Positions 36,301 through 48,840 of a stretch of 64,000 nt of DNA are shown here, one piece after another. This DNA comes from Macrostomum lignano. Its lineage: Eukaryota. The notes beneath the pieces are model-generated. The model had not been told where the DNA came from, made no database searches, and saw only the letters and a program-made list of their open reading frames with translations. Made by a program: the position numbers and the translations under genes. The stretch is taken from positions 1-64,000 of the forward strand of contig NIVC01000221.1 of the NCBI GenBank assembly GCA_002269645.1, read 5' to 3'. The number at the start of each line of letters is the position of its first letter. Positions within the stretch are counted from its first letter, which is position 1.

Positions 36301-39245
36301 AAGGTTCGAAATGGTGGCTCTTTAATGTTTGACATGGTGGCTCCTTAATGTTTGACATGGTGGCTCTTTTATGTTCAAAATAGTGGCTCTTCATGTTCGA
36401 CTGGTGGCTCTTTATTATTCAACAAACTGGTCTTTAATGTTTGACATGGTGGCTCTTCAATGTTTGACATGGTGGCTCTTTAATTTTTGACATGGTGGCT
36501 CTTTAATGTTCAACATGGTGGCTCTTTTATGTTCGACATGGTGGCTCCTTTATATTCGACATGGTGGCTCCTTAATGTTCGACACGATGGCACTTTAATG
36601 TTCGACATGGTGGCTCTTTTATATTAGACATGGTGGCTCTTTAATGTTTGACATGGTGGCTCTTTAATGTTCTACATGGTGGCTCTTTTATGTTCGACAT
36701 GGTGGCTCCTTTATATTCGACATGGTGGCTCCTTAATGTTCGACACGATGGCACTTTAATGTTCGAATGGTGGCTCTTTTATATTAGACATGGTTGCTCT
36801 TTAATGTTTTGACATGGTGGGCTCTTTATGTTTACTGGTGGCTCTTTAATGTTTGACATGTGGCTCTTTAATGTTGACATGTGGCTCTTTAATGTTTGAC
36901 ATTGGTGGCTCTTAATGTTTGACATGGTGGCTCTTTAATTTGACATGGTGGCTCTTTTATGTTGACATGGTGCTCTAATGTTTGACATGGTGGCCTTAAT
37001 GTTGACATGGTGGCCTTTTAATTTTGACATGGTGGCTCTTTAATGTTTGACATGGTGGCTCTTTAATGTTTTGACATGGTGGCTCTTTAATGTTNNNNNN
37101 NNNNNNNNNNNNNNNNNNNNNNNNNNNNNNNNNNNNNNNNNNNNNNNNNNNNNNNNNNNNNNNNNNNNNNNNNNNNNNNNNNNNNNNNNNNNNNNNNNNN
37201 NNNNNNNNNNNNNNNNNNNNNNNNNNNNNNNNNNNNNNNNNNNNNNNNNNNNNNNNNNNNNNNNNNNNNNNNNNNNNNNNNNNNNNNNNNNNNNNNNNNN
37301 NNNNNNNNNNNNNNNNNNNNNNNNNNNNNNNNNNNNNNNNNNNNNNNNNNNNNNNNNNNNNNNNNNNNNNNNNNNNNNNNNNNNTTAATGTTTTACATGG
37401 TGGCTCTTTAATGTTCGACATGGTGGTTCTTTAATGTTCGACATGGTGGCTCTTTAATGTTCGACATAGTGGCTCTTTAATGTTAGACATGGTGACTCTT
37501 CTATGTTTGACATCGTGGCTCTTCTATTTTTGACATGGTGGCTCTTTAATGTTCGACATGGTGGTCCTTTAATTTTTGACATGGTGGCTCTTTACTGTTA
37601 GACATGGTGGCTCTTTAATGTTCGATATGGTGGCACTTTATTGCTTGACATCATGCCAGATTTATGTTTGACATGGTGGCTCTTTAATGTTCGACATGGT
37701 GGCTCTTTTAGGTTTGACATGGTGGCTCTTTAATGTTCGATATGGTGTCACTTTAATGTTTGACATCATGCCAGATTTATGTTTGACATGGTGGCTCTTT
37801 AATGATCGACATGGTGGTTCTTTAATGTTCTACATGGTGGCCCTTTAATGTTCGACATGGTGGCTCTTTTAGGTTTGACATGGTGGCTCTTTTATGTTCT
37901 ACATGGTGGCCCGTTAATGTTCGACATGGTGGCTCTTTACTGTTAGACATGGTGGCTCTTTAATGTTCGATATGGTGGCACTTTAATGTTTGACATCATG
38001 CCAGATTTATGTTTGACATGGTGGCTTTTTTCTGTTAGACATGGTGGGTCTTTTTGGTTTGACATGATGGCACTTTTATGTTTTGACATGGCGGCTCTTT
38101 AATGTTTTACATGGTGGCTCTTTAATGTACGACATAATGGCTCTTTTATGTTTAACAATGTGGCTTTTTAATGTTTTACATGGTGGCTCATTAATGTTCG
38201 ACATGGTGGCTCTTTAATGTTCGACATGGTGGCTCTTTAATGTTCGAAATGGTGGCTCCTTAATGTTTCACATGGTGGCTCTTTAATGTTCGACATGGTG
38301 GCTCTTTAATGTTTGACATAAAGTCACATATATGTTTGACATGGTGGCTCTTAAATGTTTGACATGGTGAGTCTTTAATGTTCGACATGGTGGCTCTTAA
38401 ATGTTTGACATGGTGGCTCTTTAATATTCTACATGGTGGCTCTTTTATGTTCCACATGGTGGCTCTTTAATGTTTGACATAAAGTCACATATATGTTTGA
38501 CATGGTGGCTCTTAAATGTTTGACATGGTGGCTCTTTAATGTTCGACATGGTGGCTCTTAAATGTTTGACATGGTGGCTCTTTAATATTCTACATGGTGG
38601 CTCTTTTATGTTCCACATGGTGGCTCTTTAATGTTCTTCATGGTATAGCTCTTTTATGTTAGACATGGTGGCTCTTTAATGTTCGACATAGTGGTTTTTT
38701 AAGGTTTGAAATGGTAACTCTTTAATGTTTGACATAAAGTCACATATATGTTTGACATGGTGGCTCTTTAATGTTCGACATGGTGGCTCTTTATTGTTCG
38801 AAATGGTGGCTCTTAAATGTTCGACATGGTGGCTCTTTATTGTTCGAAATGGTGGCTCTTAAATGTTCGACATGGTGGCTTTTTAATGTTTGACGTGGTG
38901 GCTTCTAATTGTTTGACATGGTGGCTCTTAAATGTTCAAAATGGTGGCTCTTTAATGTTCGAAATGGTGGCTCTTTAATGTTCGAAATGGTGGCTCTTCT
39001 ATGTTTGACATGGTGGCTCTTTTATGTTCGACATGGTGGCACTTTTATGTTTGACATGGTGGCTCTTTTATGTTTGACATGGTGGCTCTTTTATGTTTGA
39101 CATGGCGGCTCTTTTATGTTTGACATGGTGGCTCTTCAATATTCTACATGGTGGCTCTTTAATGTTCGACATGGTGGCTCTTCTATGTTTGATATGGTAA
39201 CTCTTTTATGTTCGATATGTTGGCTCTTCTATGTTTGACATTGCG
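33340..39245. repeat. 23-bp satellite B (GACATGGTGGCTCTTTAATGTTT)n
   Basis: Tandem array with ~1.05-1.25-kb higher-order repeats; spans the N gap. Confidence 0.97.
37095..37384. other. Assembly gap (290 N)
   Basis: Run of N inside satellite B; true array length unknown. Confidence 1.
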
Positions 39246-39842
39246 CTTCTTTGATGTTTAGCAGTTTTGTTGTGTTTTTAAGGTGTTTTAATAAAAAAAA
39301 TCTTTTTGTACTACTAAGATTCGAACCCAGGTTGCTACATTAGCATTCCAGTCTGTTCGCATCAGGGCTATCTCTTTTCAATTGGAGAACATGAATTGTG
39401 GCCCTTATAATTCAATTCTTACAGCAAGTCAATTGGGGTAAAAAGTTATGACATAATCAATTTCTCAGTCAGCCAGTATCAGTCTCAATTCAAGTTAGCA
39501 ATATGGTTACGCAATTTAAATCAAGTCGTGAGTGCATTTCTTCGGCACTGTTTTCAACTTGTTGTGATGCAATCTTTATCACAATCGGAATTCAGTCAGT
39601 CAGTTTTTTCTCTAGCATTCTTACAATGCATTTCAAGTCGAAAATTTGGCTTGACCTTTGCAAAAAAGCATGTTTTTCGAATATTTAGTCCCTTTAACAT
39701 TGAGCAATTTTTTAGCCAAGATGCATGTACCGTGCCAGGAAAATTTCTGATCGAATGGTGCAAGTTTGAAGAAAATCGGTTGAGCCAATTTTTCTGAAAT
39801 CTATCGCATAGCTACAGACATTTCATTTTTAGTATATGGGAA

Positions 39843-42800
39843 CTAGCAATCTTCGCCCCCCGATGGGGGACATCTGGATAGAATCCTTGTTCTTTACAAA
39901 TAACAAATAGACAGCGAAATAAAACCTTCAAAAAACAACAACAGACATTCCCTCTAAAAACAAAACATCCCAAGACAGCAAGCATCCTCAGACAGCATTC
40001 AAGCATCGATCCCCAAATAGCAAGCATCCCCCAGACTGCAAGCATCCCCCAGGTAGCAAGCATCCCCCAGGTAGCAAGCATCCCCCAGGTAGCAAGCATC
40101 CCCCAGTTCGCAAGCATCCCCCAGATTGCAAGCATCCCCCAGTTCGCAAGCATCCCCCAGATTGCAAGCATCCCCAGTTCGCAAGCAACCCCTGATAGCA
40201 AGCATAACCTGGATACAAAGATACCTTATAGATATCTAGCAACCCCCTCTCAGATAGCAAGTACCCTCCACCCACAAGAGCAAGCATCCCCCTGTAAGCA
40301 AGTATCCATCCTTAAAAAGCAAGCATCCACCAGAGAACAAGTAGCTAGTGCAACAATTTCCTTAGCTTTATAATGGTTCCATTTTGTTTGGCATGACACT
40401 TCTTTTATGTTTGAAATGGGGTCTCTTTTTTGTTTAAAAAGGTGGCTCTTTAATGTTTGACATGGTAGCTCTTCTATGTTTGACATGGTAGCTCTTTTGT
40501 GTTTGACATGATAGCTCTTTAATGTTTGACATGGTGGCTCTTCTATGTTTGACATGGTAGCTCCTTTGTGTTTGACATGATAGCTCTTTAATGTTTGATA
40601 TGGTGGCTCTTTAATGTTTGACATTGAGTCACGTATATGTTTCACATGATGGCTCTTTCATGTTTGACATGATGGCTCTTTAATGTTTGACAAGGTGGCT
40701 CTTTAATGTTCGCCATGGTGGCTCTTTAATGTTTGACATGGTGGCCCTTTAATGTTTGACATGGTGGCTCTTTAATGTTTGACATGGTGGCTCTTTTATG
40801 TTTGACATGGAGGCTCTGTTATGTTTGACATGGAGTCACGTATACGTTTGACATAGTGTCTCTTCTATGTTTTACATGGTAGCTATTCTGTGTTTGACAT
40901 GATGGCTCTTTAATGTTTGACATGGTGGCTCTTTAATGTTTGACATGGAGTCCCGTATATTTTTGACATAATGGCACCTTTATGTTTGACATGGTGGCTC
41001 TTTTATATTTGGCATGGTGGCTCTTTTATGTTCGACATGGTGGCTGTTTTTTGTTCTACATGGTGGCTCTTTTATGTTCGACATGGTGGCACTTTTATGT
41101 TTGACATGGAGTCACGTATACGTTTGACATAGTGTCTCTTCAATGTTTGACATGGTGGCTATTTTGTGTTTCACATGATAGCTCTTTAATGTTTGACATG
41201 GTAGCTCTTTAATGTTCGCTATGGTGGCTTTTTAATGTTTGACATGGTGGCTCTTTTATGTTTGACATGGTGGCTCTTTACTGTGTGAAATAGTGGCTCT
41301 TTAATGTTCTACATGGTAACTCTTTTATGTTTGATACGATGGCTTTTTAATGTCTGACATGGTGGCTCTTTTATGTTTGACATGGTGGCTCTTTTATGTT
41401 TGACATGGTGGCTCTTTTATGTTTGACATGGTGGCTCTTTTATGTTTGATACGGTGGCTTTTTAATGTCTGACATGGTGGCTCTTTTATGTTTGACATGG
41501 AGGCTCTTCTATGTTTAACATGGTGGCTCTTTTATGTTTGACAAAGTGGCTATTTAATATTCTACATGGTGGCTGTTTTTTGTTCTACATGGTAACTCTT
41601 TTATGTTCGACATGGTGGCTGTTTTTTGTTCTACATGGTAACTCTTTAATGTTTGACACGGTGGCTCTTTAATGTTCGACAAAGTGGCTATTTAATATTC
41701 TACATGGTGGCTGTTTTTTGTTCTACATGGTAACTCTTTTATGTTCGACATGGTGGCTGTTTTTTGTTCTACATGGTAACTCTTTTATGTTTGATACGGT
41801 GGCTGTTTAATGTTCAACAAAGTGGCTATTTGATGTTTGATATGGTGACTCCTAAATGTTTTACATGGTGGCTCTTCTATGTTTGACATGGTGGCTCTTT
41901 TATGTTTGACACGGCGGCTCTCTAATGTTTGACAAAGTAGCTATTTAATGTTCGAAATGGTGGCTCTTTAAAGTTTGACATAAAGTCACATATATGTTTG
42001 ATATGGTGACTCCTAAATGTTTTACATGGTGGCTCTTCTATGTTTGACATGGTGGCTCTTAAATGTTTGACATGGTGGCTCTTAAATGTTTGACATGGTG
42101 GCTCTTAAATGTTTGACATAATGGCTCTTAAATGTTTTACATGGTGGCTCTTAAATGTTTGACATAATGGCTCTTAAATGTTTGACATGGTGGCTCTTAA
42201 ATGTTTGACATAATGGCTCTTAAATGTTTGACATGGTGTCTCTTAAATGTTTGACATGGTGGCTCTTAAATGTTTGACATGGTGGCTCTTAAATGTTTGA
42301 CATGGTGGCTCTTAAATGTTTGACATGGTGGCTCTTAAATGTTTGACATGGTGGCTCTTAAATGTTTGACATAATGGCTCTTAAATGTTTGACATGGTGG
42401 CTCTTAAATGTTTGACATAATGGCTCTTAAATGTTTGACATGGTGGCTCTTAAATGTTAGACGTGGTGGCTTGTTTAGGTTTGACATAGTGGCTCTTCTA
42501 TGTTTGAAATGGTGGCTTTTTAATCGTTGACATGGAGTCACGTATATGTTTGACATAGTGCTTATTTTATGTTTGACATGGTAACTCTTTTATATTCGAA
42601 ATGTTGGCTCTTTAATGTTCGAAATGGTGGCTCTTCTATGTTTGACATTGCGCTTCTATTATGTTTAGCAGTTTTGTTGTGTTTTTAAGGTGTTTTGATA
42701 AAAAAAATCTTTTTGCACTACTAAGATTCGAACCCAGGTCGCTACATTAGCATTCCAGTCTGTTCGCATCTTGGCTATCTCTTTTCAATTGGAGAACATG

Positions 42801-43257
42801 AATTGTGGCCCTTATAATTCAATTCTTACAGCAAGTCAATTGAAGTAAAAAGTAATGACATAATCAATTTCTCAGTCAGCCAGTATCAGTCTCAATTTAA
42901 GTTAGCAATATTGGTTACGCAATTTAAATCAAGTCGTGTGTGCATTTCTTCGGCACTTTTTTCAATTTGTTGTGATGCAATCTTTATCAGAATTGAAATT
43001 CAGCCAGTCAGTTTTTTCTCTAGCATTCTTACAATGAATTTTAGGTCGAAAGAGCTGCTTGACCTTTGCAAAAAAGCATGTTTTTCGAATATTTAATCCC
43101 TTTAATATTGAGCAATTTTTTAGCCAAGATGCATGTACCGTCCCAGGAAAATTTCTGATCGAATGGTGCAAGTTTGAAGAAAATCGGTTGAGCCATTTTT
43201 TCTGAAATCTATCGAATAGCTACCCACATACAGACAACTCATTTTTAGTATATAGGA
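39843..43257 (-). mobile_element. Non-autonomous Helitron H4 (subfamily B); satellite B at ~40400-42655
   Basis: CTAG + CCCCCATCGGGGGG hairpin at the low end and TCCTATATAC at 43257. One extra base at the H3/H4 junction (39842). Confidence 0.85.
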
Positions 43258-46200
43258 CTAGCAATCTTCGCCCCCCGATGGGGGACATCTGGATAGAATC
43301 TCTGTTCTCTACAAGTAACAAAAAAACAGCTAAAAATCCTTCAAAAAGACAACAGACAAACTGCTCAAATGAAGTGCATTGCAAAAAGAAATCATCCCAA
43401 GACCGCAAGCATCCCCCAGATAGCAAGCATCCCCAAGATAGCAAGCATCCCCCAGATAGCAAGCATCCCCCAGATAGCAAGCATCCCCCGGATAGCAAGC
43501 ATCCCCCAGAAAGCAAGCATCCCCCAGATAGCAAGCATCCCTCAGATAGCAAGCATCCCCCAGATAGCAAGCATCCCCAGATAGCAAGCATCCCCCAGAT
43601 AGCAAGCATCCCTCAGATAGCAAGCATCCCCCAGATAGCAAGCATCCCCAAGATAGCAAGCATCCCTAGATAGCAAGCATCCCCCAGATAGCAGGCATCC
43701 CCAGATAGCAAGCATCCCCCAGATAGCAGGCATCCCCCAGATAGCAAGCATCCCCCAGATAGCAAGCATCCCCCAGATAGCAAGCATCCCCAAGATAGCA
43801 AGCATCCCCAAGATAGATAGCATCCCCAAATAGTAAGCATCCACCAGATAATAAGTAGCTAGTGCGACAATTTCCTTAGCATTATGGCGGCTCCTTTAAA
43901 ATTCGCTTACTTTTACGTTTGAAATTGTGTATCTTTTATGTTTAACAAGGTGGCTCTTTTATGTTATACATTGTGGCTCTTTTATGTTATACATTGTGGC
44001 TCTTTTTTGTTCTACGCTCGTACATGGTAACTCTTTTATGTTTGATACGGTGGCTTTTCAATGTCTGACATGGTGGCTCTTCTATGTTTGACATGGGGGC
44101 TCCTCTTTGTTTGACATGGGGCTCTTCTATGTTTGACATGGGAGCTCTTCTATGTTTGACAAAGTGGCTTTTTAATGTTTGACATGGTGGCTCTATTATG
44201 TTTGACATGGTGGCTCTATTATGTTTGACATGGTGGCTCTTTAATGTTCAAAAAGGTGGCTCTTTTATGTTTGACATGGTGGCTCTTTAATGTTTGACAT
44301 GGTGGCTCTTTAATGTTTGACATGGTGGCTCTTTACTTTTTGACATGGTGGCTCTTTAATGTTGGACATGGTGGCTTTTTAATGTTAGACATGGTGGCTC
44401 TTTAATGTTCGACATAAAGTCACTTATATGTTTGACATGGTGGCTCTTTAATGTTTGACATGGTAGCTCTTTTATGTTCGACATGGTGGCTCTTTTATGT
44501 TCGAAATGGTGTCGCTTCAATGTTTGACATGGAGTTACGTATATGTTTTACATGGTGGCTCTTTTATGTTCGACATGGTGGCTCTTTAATGTTTGACATG
44601 GGGTCTCTTCAATGTTTGACATGGAGTTACGTATATGTTTGACATGGTGGCTCTTTAATGTTTTACATGGTGGCACTTTCATGTTTGACCTGGAGGCTCT
44701 TTAATATTTGACATGGTGGCTCTTTTATGTTTGACATGGTGGCTCTTTTATCTTTGACATGGTGGCTCTGTAATGTTCGACATGGAGTCATGTATATGTT
44801 TCACATGGTAGCTCTTAAATGTTCGACATGGTGGCTCTTTAATGTTCAACATGGAGTCATGTATATGTTTGACATGGTGGCTCTTAAATGTTCGACATAG
44901 TGGCTCTATAATGTTTGATATGGTGGCTCTTCAATGTTTGACATGGTGGCTCTTTAATGATCGACATGGCGTCATGTATATGTTTGACATGGTAGCTCTT
45001 GAATGTTCAACATGGAGTCATGTATATGTTTTACATGGTGGCTCTTAAATGTTCGACATGGTGGCTCTTTAATGTTTGACATAGTGTCTCTTTAATGTTT
45101 GACATGGAGTCATGTATATGTTTGCCATGGTGGCTCTTTAATGTTAGACATGGTGGCTCTTTTATGTTTTGCATGGTGGCTCTTTTATGTTCGACATGGT
45201 GTCTCTTCAATGTTTGACATGGCGTCATGTAAATGTTTTACATGGATGCTCTTGTATTTTTAACATGTTGACTCTTTAATGTTCGAAATGGTGGCTCTTA
45301 ATTGCCTAACATGGAGTCACGTATATGTTTGACATGGAGTCATGCATATGCCTGATATGGTAGCTCTTTAATGTTTTACATGGAGTCACGTATATGTTTC
45401 ACATGTTGGCTATTTTATGTTTGACATGGTGGTTTTTAAATGTTCGACATGGTGGCTCTTTAATGTTTTACATGGTGGCACTTTCATGTTTGACCTGGTG
45501 GCTCTTTAATGTTTGACATGGTGGCTCTTTAATATTTGACATGGTGGCCCTTTTATGTTCGACATGGTGGCTCTTCAATGTTTGACATGGAGTCATGTAT
45601 ATGTTTGACCTGGTGGCTCTTTAATGTTTGACATGGTGGCTCTTTAATGTTTTACATGGTGGCACTTTCATGTTTGACCTGGTGGCTCTTTAATGTTCGA
45701 CATGGTCGCTCTTTAATGTTCGACATGGTGGCCCTTTAATGTTCGACATGGTGTCGCTTCAATGTTTGACATGAAGTTACGTATATGTTTTACATGGTGG
45801 CTCTTTTATGTTCGACATGGCGTCATGTATATGTTTGACATGGTAGCTCTTGAATGTTCAACATGGAGTCATGTATATGTTTGACATGGTAGCTCTTGAA
45901 TGTTCAACATGGAGTCATGTATATGTTTGACATGGTGGCTCTTAAATGTTCGACATGGTGTCTCTTTAATGTTTGACATGGAGTCATGTATATGTTTGAC
46001 ATGGTAGCTCTTGAGTGTTCGACATAGAGTCATGTATATGTTTGCCATGGTGGCTCTTTAATGTTAGACATGGTGGCTCTTTTATGTTTTGCATGGTGGC
46101 TCTTTTATGTTCGACATGGTGTCTCTTCAATGTTTGACATGGAGTCATGTATATGTTTGACATGGTGGCTCTTGTATTTTTAACATGTTGGCTCTTTAAT

Positions 46201-47733
46201 GTTCGACATGGTGGCTCTTTAATGTCTAACATGGAGTCATGTATATGTTTGACATGGAGTCATGTATATGTCTGATATGGTAGCTCTTTAATGTTTTACA
46301 TGGAGTCACGTATATGTTTCACATGGTGGCTATTTTATGTTTGACTTGGTGGTTCTTAAATGTTCGACATGGTGGCTCTTTAATGTGTTACATGGTGGCA
46401 CTTTCATGTTTGACCTGGTGGCTCTTTAATGTTTTACATATAGTGTCTCTTTAATGTTTGACATGGAGTCATGTATATGTTTGACATGGTAGCTCTTGAA
46501 TGTTCGACATAGAGTCATGTATATGTTTGCCATGGTGGCTCTTTAATGTTAGACATGGTGGCACTTTCATGTTTGACCTGGTGGCTCTTTAATGTTTGAC
46601 ATGGTGGCTCTTTAATATTTGACATGGTGGCCCTTTAATATTTGACATGGTGGCCCTTTAATGTTCGACATGGTGGCTCTTCAATGTTCGACATGGAGTC
46701 ATGTATATGTTTGACCTGGTTGCTCTTTAATGTTTGACATTGTGGCTCTTTAATGTTCGACATGGTGGCTCTTTTAGGTTTGAAATGGTGGCTCTTAAAT
46801 GTTTGACATGGTGGCTTTTTAATGTTCGACATGGTGGCTCTTTTATGTTCGACATGGCGTCATGTATATGTTTCACATGGTAGCTCTTGAATGTTCAACA
46901 TGGAGTCATGTATATGTTGGACATGGTGGCTCTTTAATGTTCGACATGGTGGATCTTTAATGGTCGACATGGTGGCTCTTTAATGTTCGACATGGTAGCT
47001 CTTTAATGTTCGACATGGTGTCTCTTTAATGGTCGACATGGTGGCTCTTTAATGGTCGACATGGTGGCTCTTTAATGTTTGACATGGTGGCTCTTTAATG
47101 TTTGACATGGTGGCTCTTTAATGTTTGACATTGTGCTTTTTTGTGTTTAGCATTTTGTGTTTTTAAGGTTTTTGAATAAAAAAATCTTTTTGCACTACTA
47201 AGATTCGAACCCAGATCGCTGCATTAGCAGTCCAGTCTGTTCGCATCTATGCTATCTCTTTTCAATTGGAGATCATGAATTGTGGCCCTTATAATTAAAT
47301 TCTTATAGCAAATCGGTTAGAGTAAAAAGTTATGACATAATCAATTTCTCAGTCAGCCAGTATCAGTGTCAATTCAAGTTAGCAATATTGTTACGCAATT
47401 TAAATCAAGTTTTGTGTGCATTTGTTCGGCACTGTTTTCAACTGGTTGTGATGTAATCTTTATCACAATTGGAATTCAGTCAGTCAGTTTTTTCTCTAGC
47501 ATTCTTACAATGCATTTCAGGTCGAAAGAGCTGCTTGACCTTTGCAAAAAAGCATGTTTTTCGAATATTTAATCCCTTTAATATTGAGCAATTTCTTAGC
47601 CAAGATGCATGTACCGTCCCAGGAAAATTTCTGATCGAATGGTGCAAGTTTGAAGAAAATCGGTTGAGCCATTTTTTCTGAAATCTATCGCATAGCTACC
47701 CACATACAGACAACTCATTTTTAGTATATAGGA
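43258..47733 (-). mobile_element. Non-autonomous Helitron H5 (subfamily B); satellite B at ~43930-47135
   Basis: CTAG at 43258 abuts the TC of H4. 5' TCCTATATAC at 47733 is preceded by A on the minus strand. Confidence 0.85.
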
Positions 47734-47839
47734 TTTTTAGTATATTGGATTTCATTTTTAGTATATGGGAGGATTTTACTGTGTCTATAGAATACTTCCC
47801 CAGCTTCGTCTTGGGCAATATACATGCCTATTTGAATGA

Positions 47840-48840
47840 TGAAGCAGCATTTGTGATGATTAAGTTGTAAAAATTATGGTTTCTGCTGATGAAGTGATTA
47901 ATTTTGTTTAATAAAGTCCGCATTTTAAAGTTAAAAAGAGTAAAAACTGTGAAAATTGACCTTTTTGAAACGAAAATGTGCAATTTCTAGTAATTTAGCT
48001 TTCAATGAAAATGTCTTGGGTGGAATTCCAACTTGGGCAGGGGTGTGCATATGGAGATCAGTGTGTGACTCATTCCTGCTCGAAAGCTGTCTCTTGCCAA
48101 CTTTGAAATCAGCATTTGGACAAATTAGCGGTTGAAATTATGGCCTTTGGGATGAAACTACTAAGTTTGATCAATTCGCATTTCGCATTTTAACGTTAGA
48201 AAATAATAAAACTGTGAAAATTGGCTTTTATTAAACGAAAGAATGAGAAATTCTATGAATTAGCTTTAAAAAAACCATGGCTTTAGTGGAAATTGGACTG
48301 GCTCGGGTAATCCGTGTGCGATTATAATTCCTGCTCAAAGCTGTCTCAGAGTGGCCAGAAGTAGCATTTGTGATAATTTTGTGTTAAAATTGTGTTTTTT
48401 AGTGATGAATTACTGATTTTGATCAATAAAGTATGCATTTTAACGTAAAAAATGCGTAAAAACTGTGAAAATTTGTATTTTCTTATGAAAAAATGCTCAT
48501 TTCTAGCTATGTCTTTGGTTGATTCTGGGCTGGCTTGTTGATGTTTGTGTGGGATTCATTCTTGCTTCAAATCTGTCTAATTAGGTCAAGTTGAAAACGA
48601 CATTTGGACAAATTAGCTGTTGAAAGTATCGTTTCTAGTGATGAAACTACTGCTTTTGGTCAATAAAGTCTACATTTTAACGTTAAAATCGTTAAAAACT
48701 GTGAAAAATTGTATTTTTCTTATGAAAAAATGCGCATTTCTAGTCATTTAACTTTCAAAATAACCAAATTTCTTCTTTGAAATTCCAACTTGACTTTGTA
48801 TATGGAGAGGTCAGTGCATGATTCATTCCTGCTTCGAACA
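47840..48840. repeat. Four diverged ~240-270-bp tandem units
   Basis: TTTTAAMGTTA...AAAACTGTGAAAATT recurs at ~47925, ~48190, ~48440 and ~48675, and GCATTTGG/TG recurs at similar spacing. Confidence 0.7.

Larger units (their letters stand above)
31842..39841 (-). mobile_element. Non-autonomous Helitron H3 (subfamily B) with a rearranged 3' region and an assembly gap
   Basis: CTAG/hairpin at 31842 and 5' TCCCATATACTAAAA at 39841. It contains an inverted end/head block at 31886-32750. Confidence 0.75.

Noticed and set aside
32572-47140. Many short ORFs such as IASIPQ, GDACYL and MSNIKEPPCQTLKSHH repeats, and X-filled ORFs at 36996-37434
   Set aside because: Translations of 18- and 23-bp satellites and of the N gap.
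28337-47681. Recurrent ~60-130-aa ORFs (..FLQCISSRK..TFAKKHVFRIF..) in Helitron heads
   Set aside because: Frames and stops differ between copies, indicating non-coding repeat sequence rather than a conserved gene.
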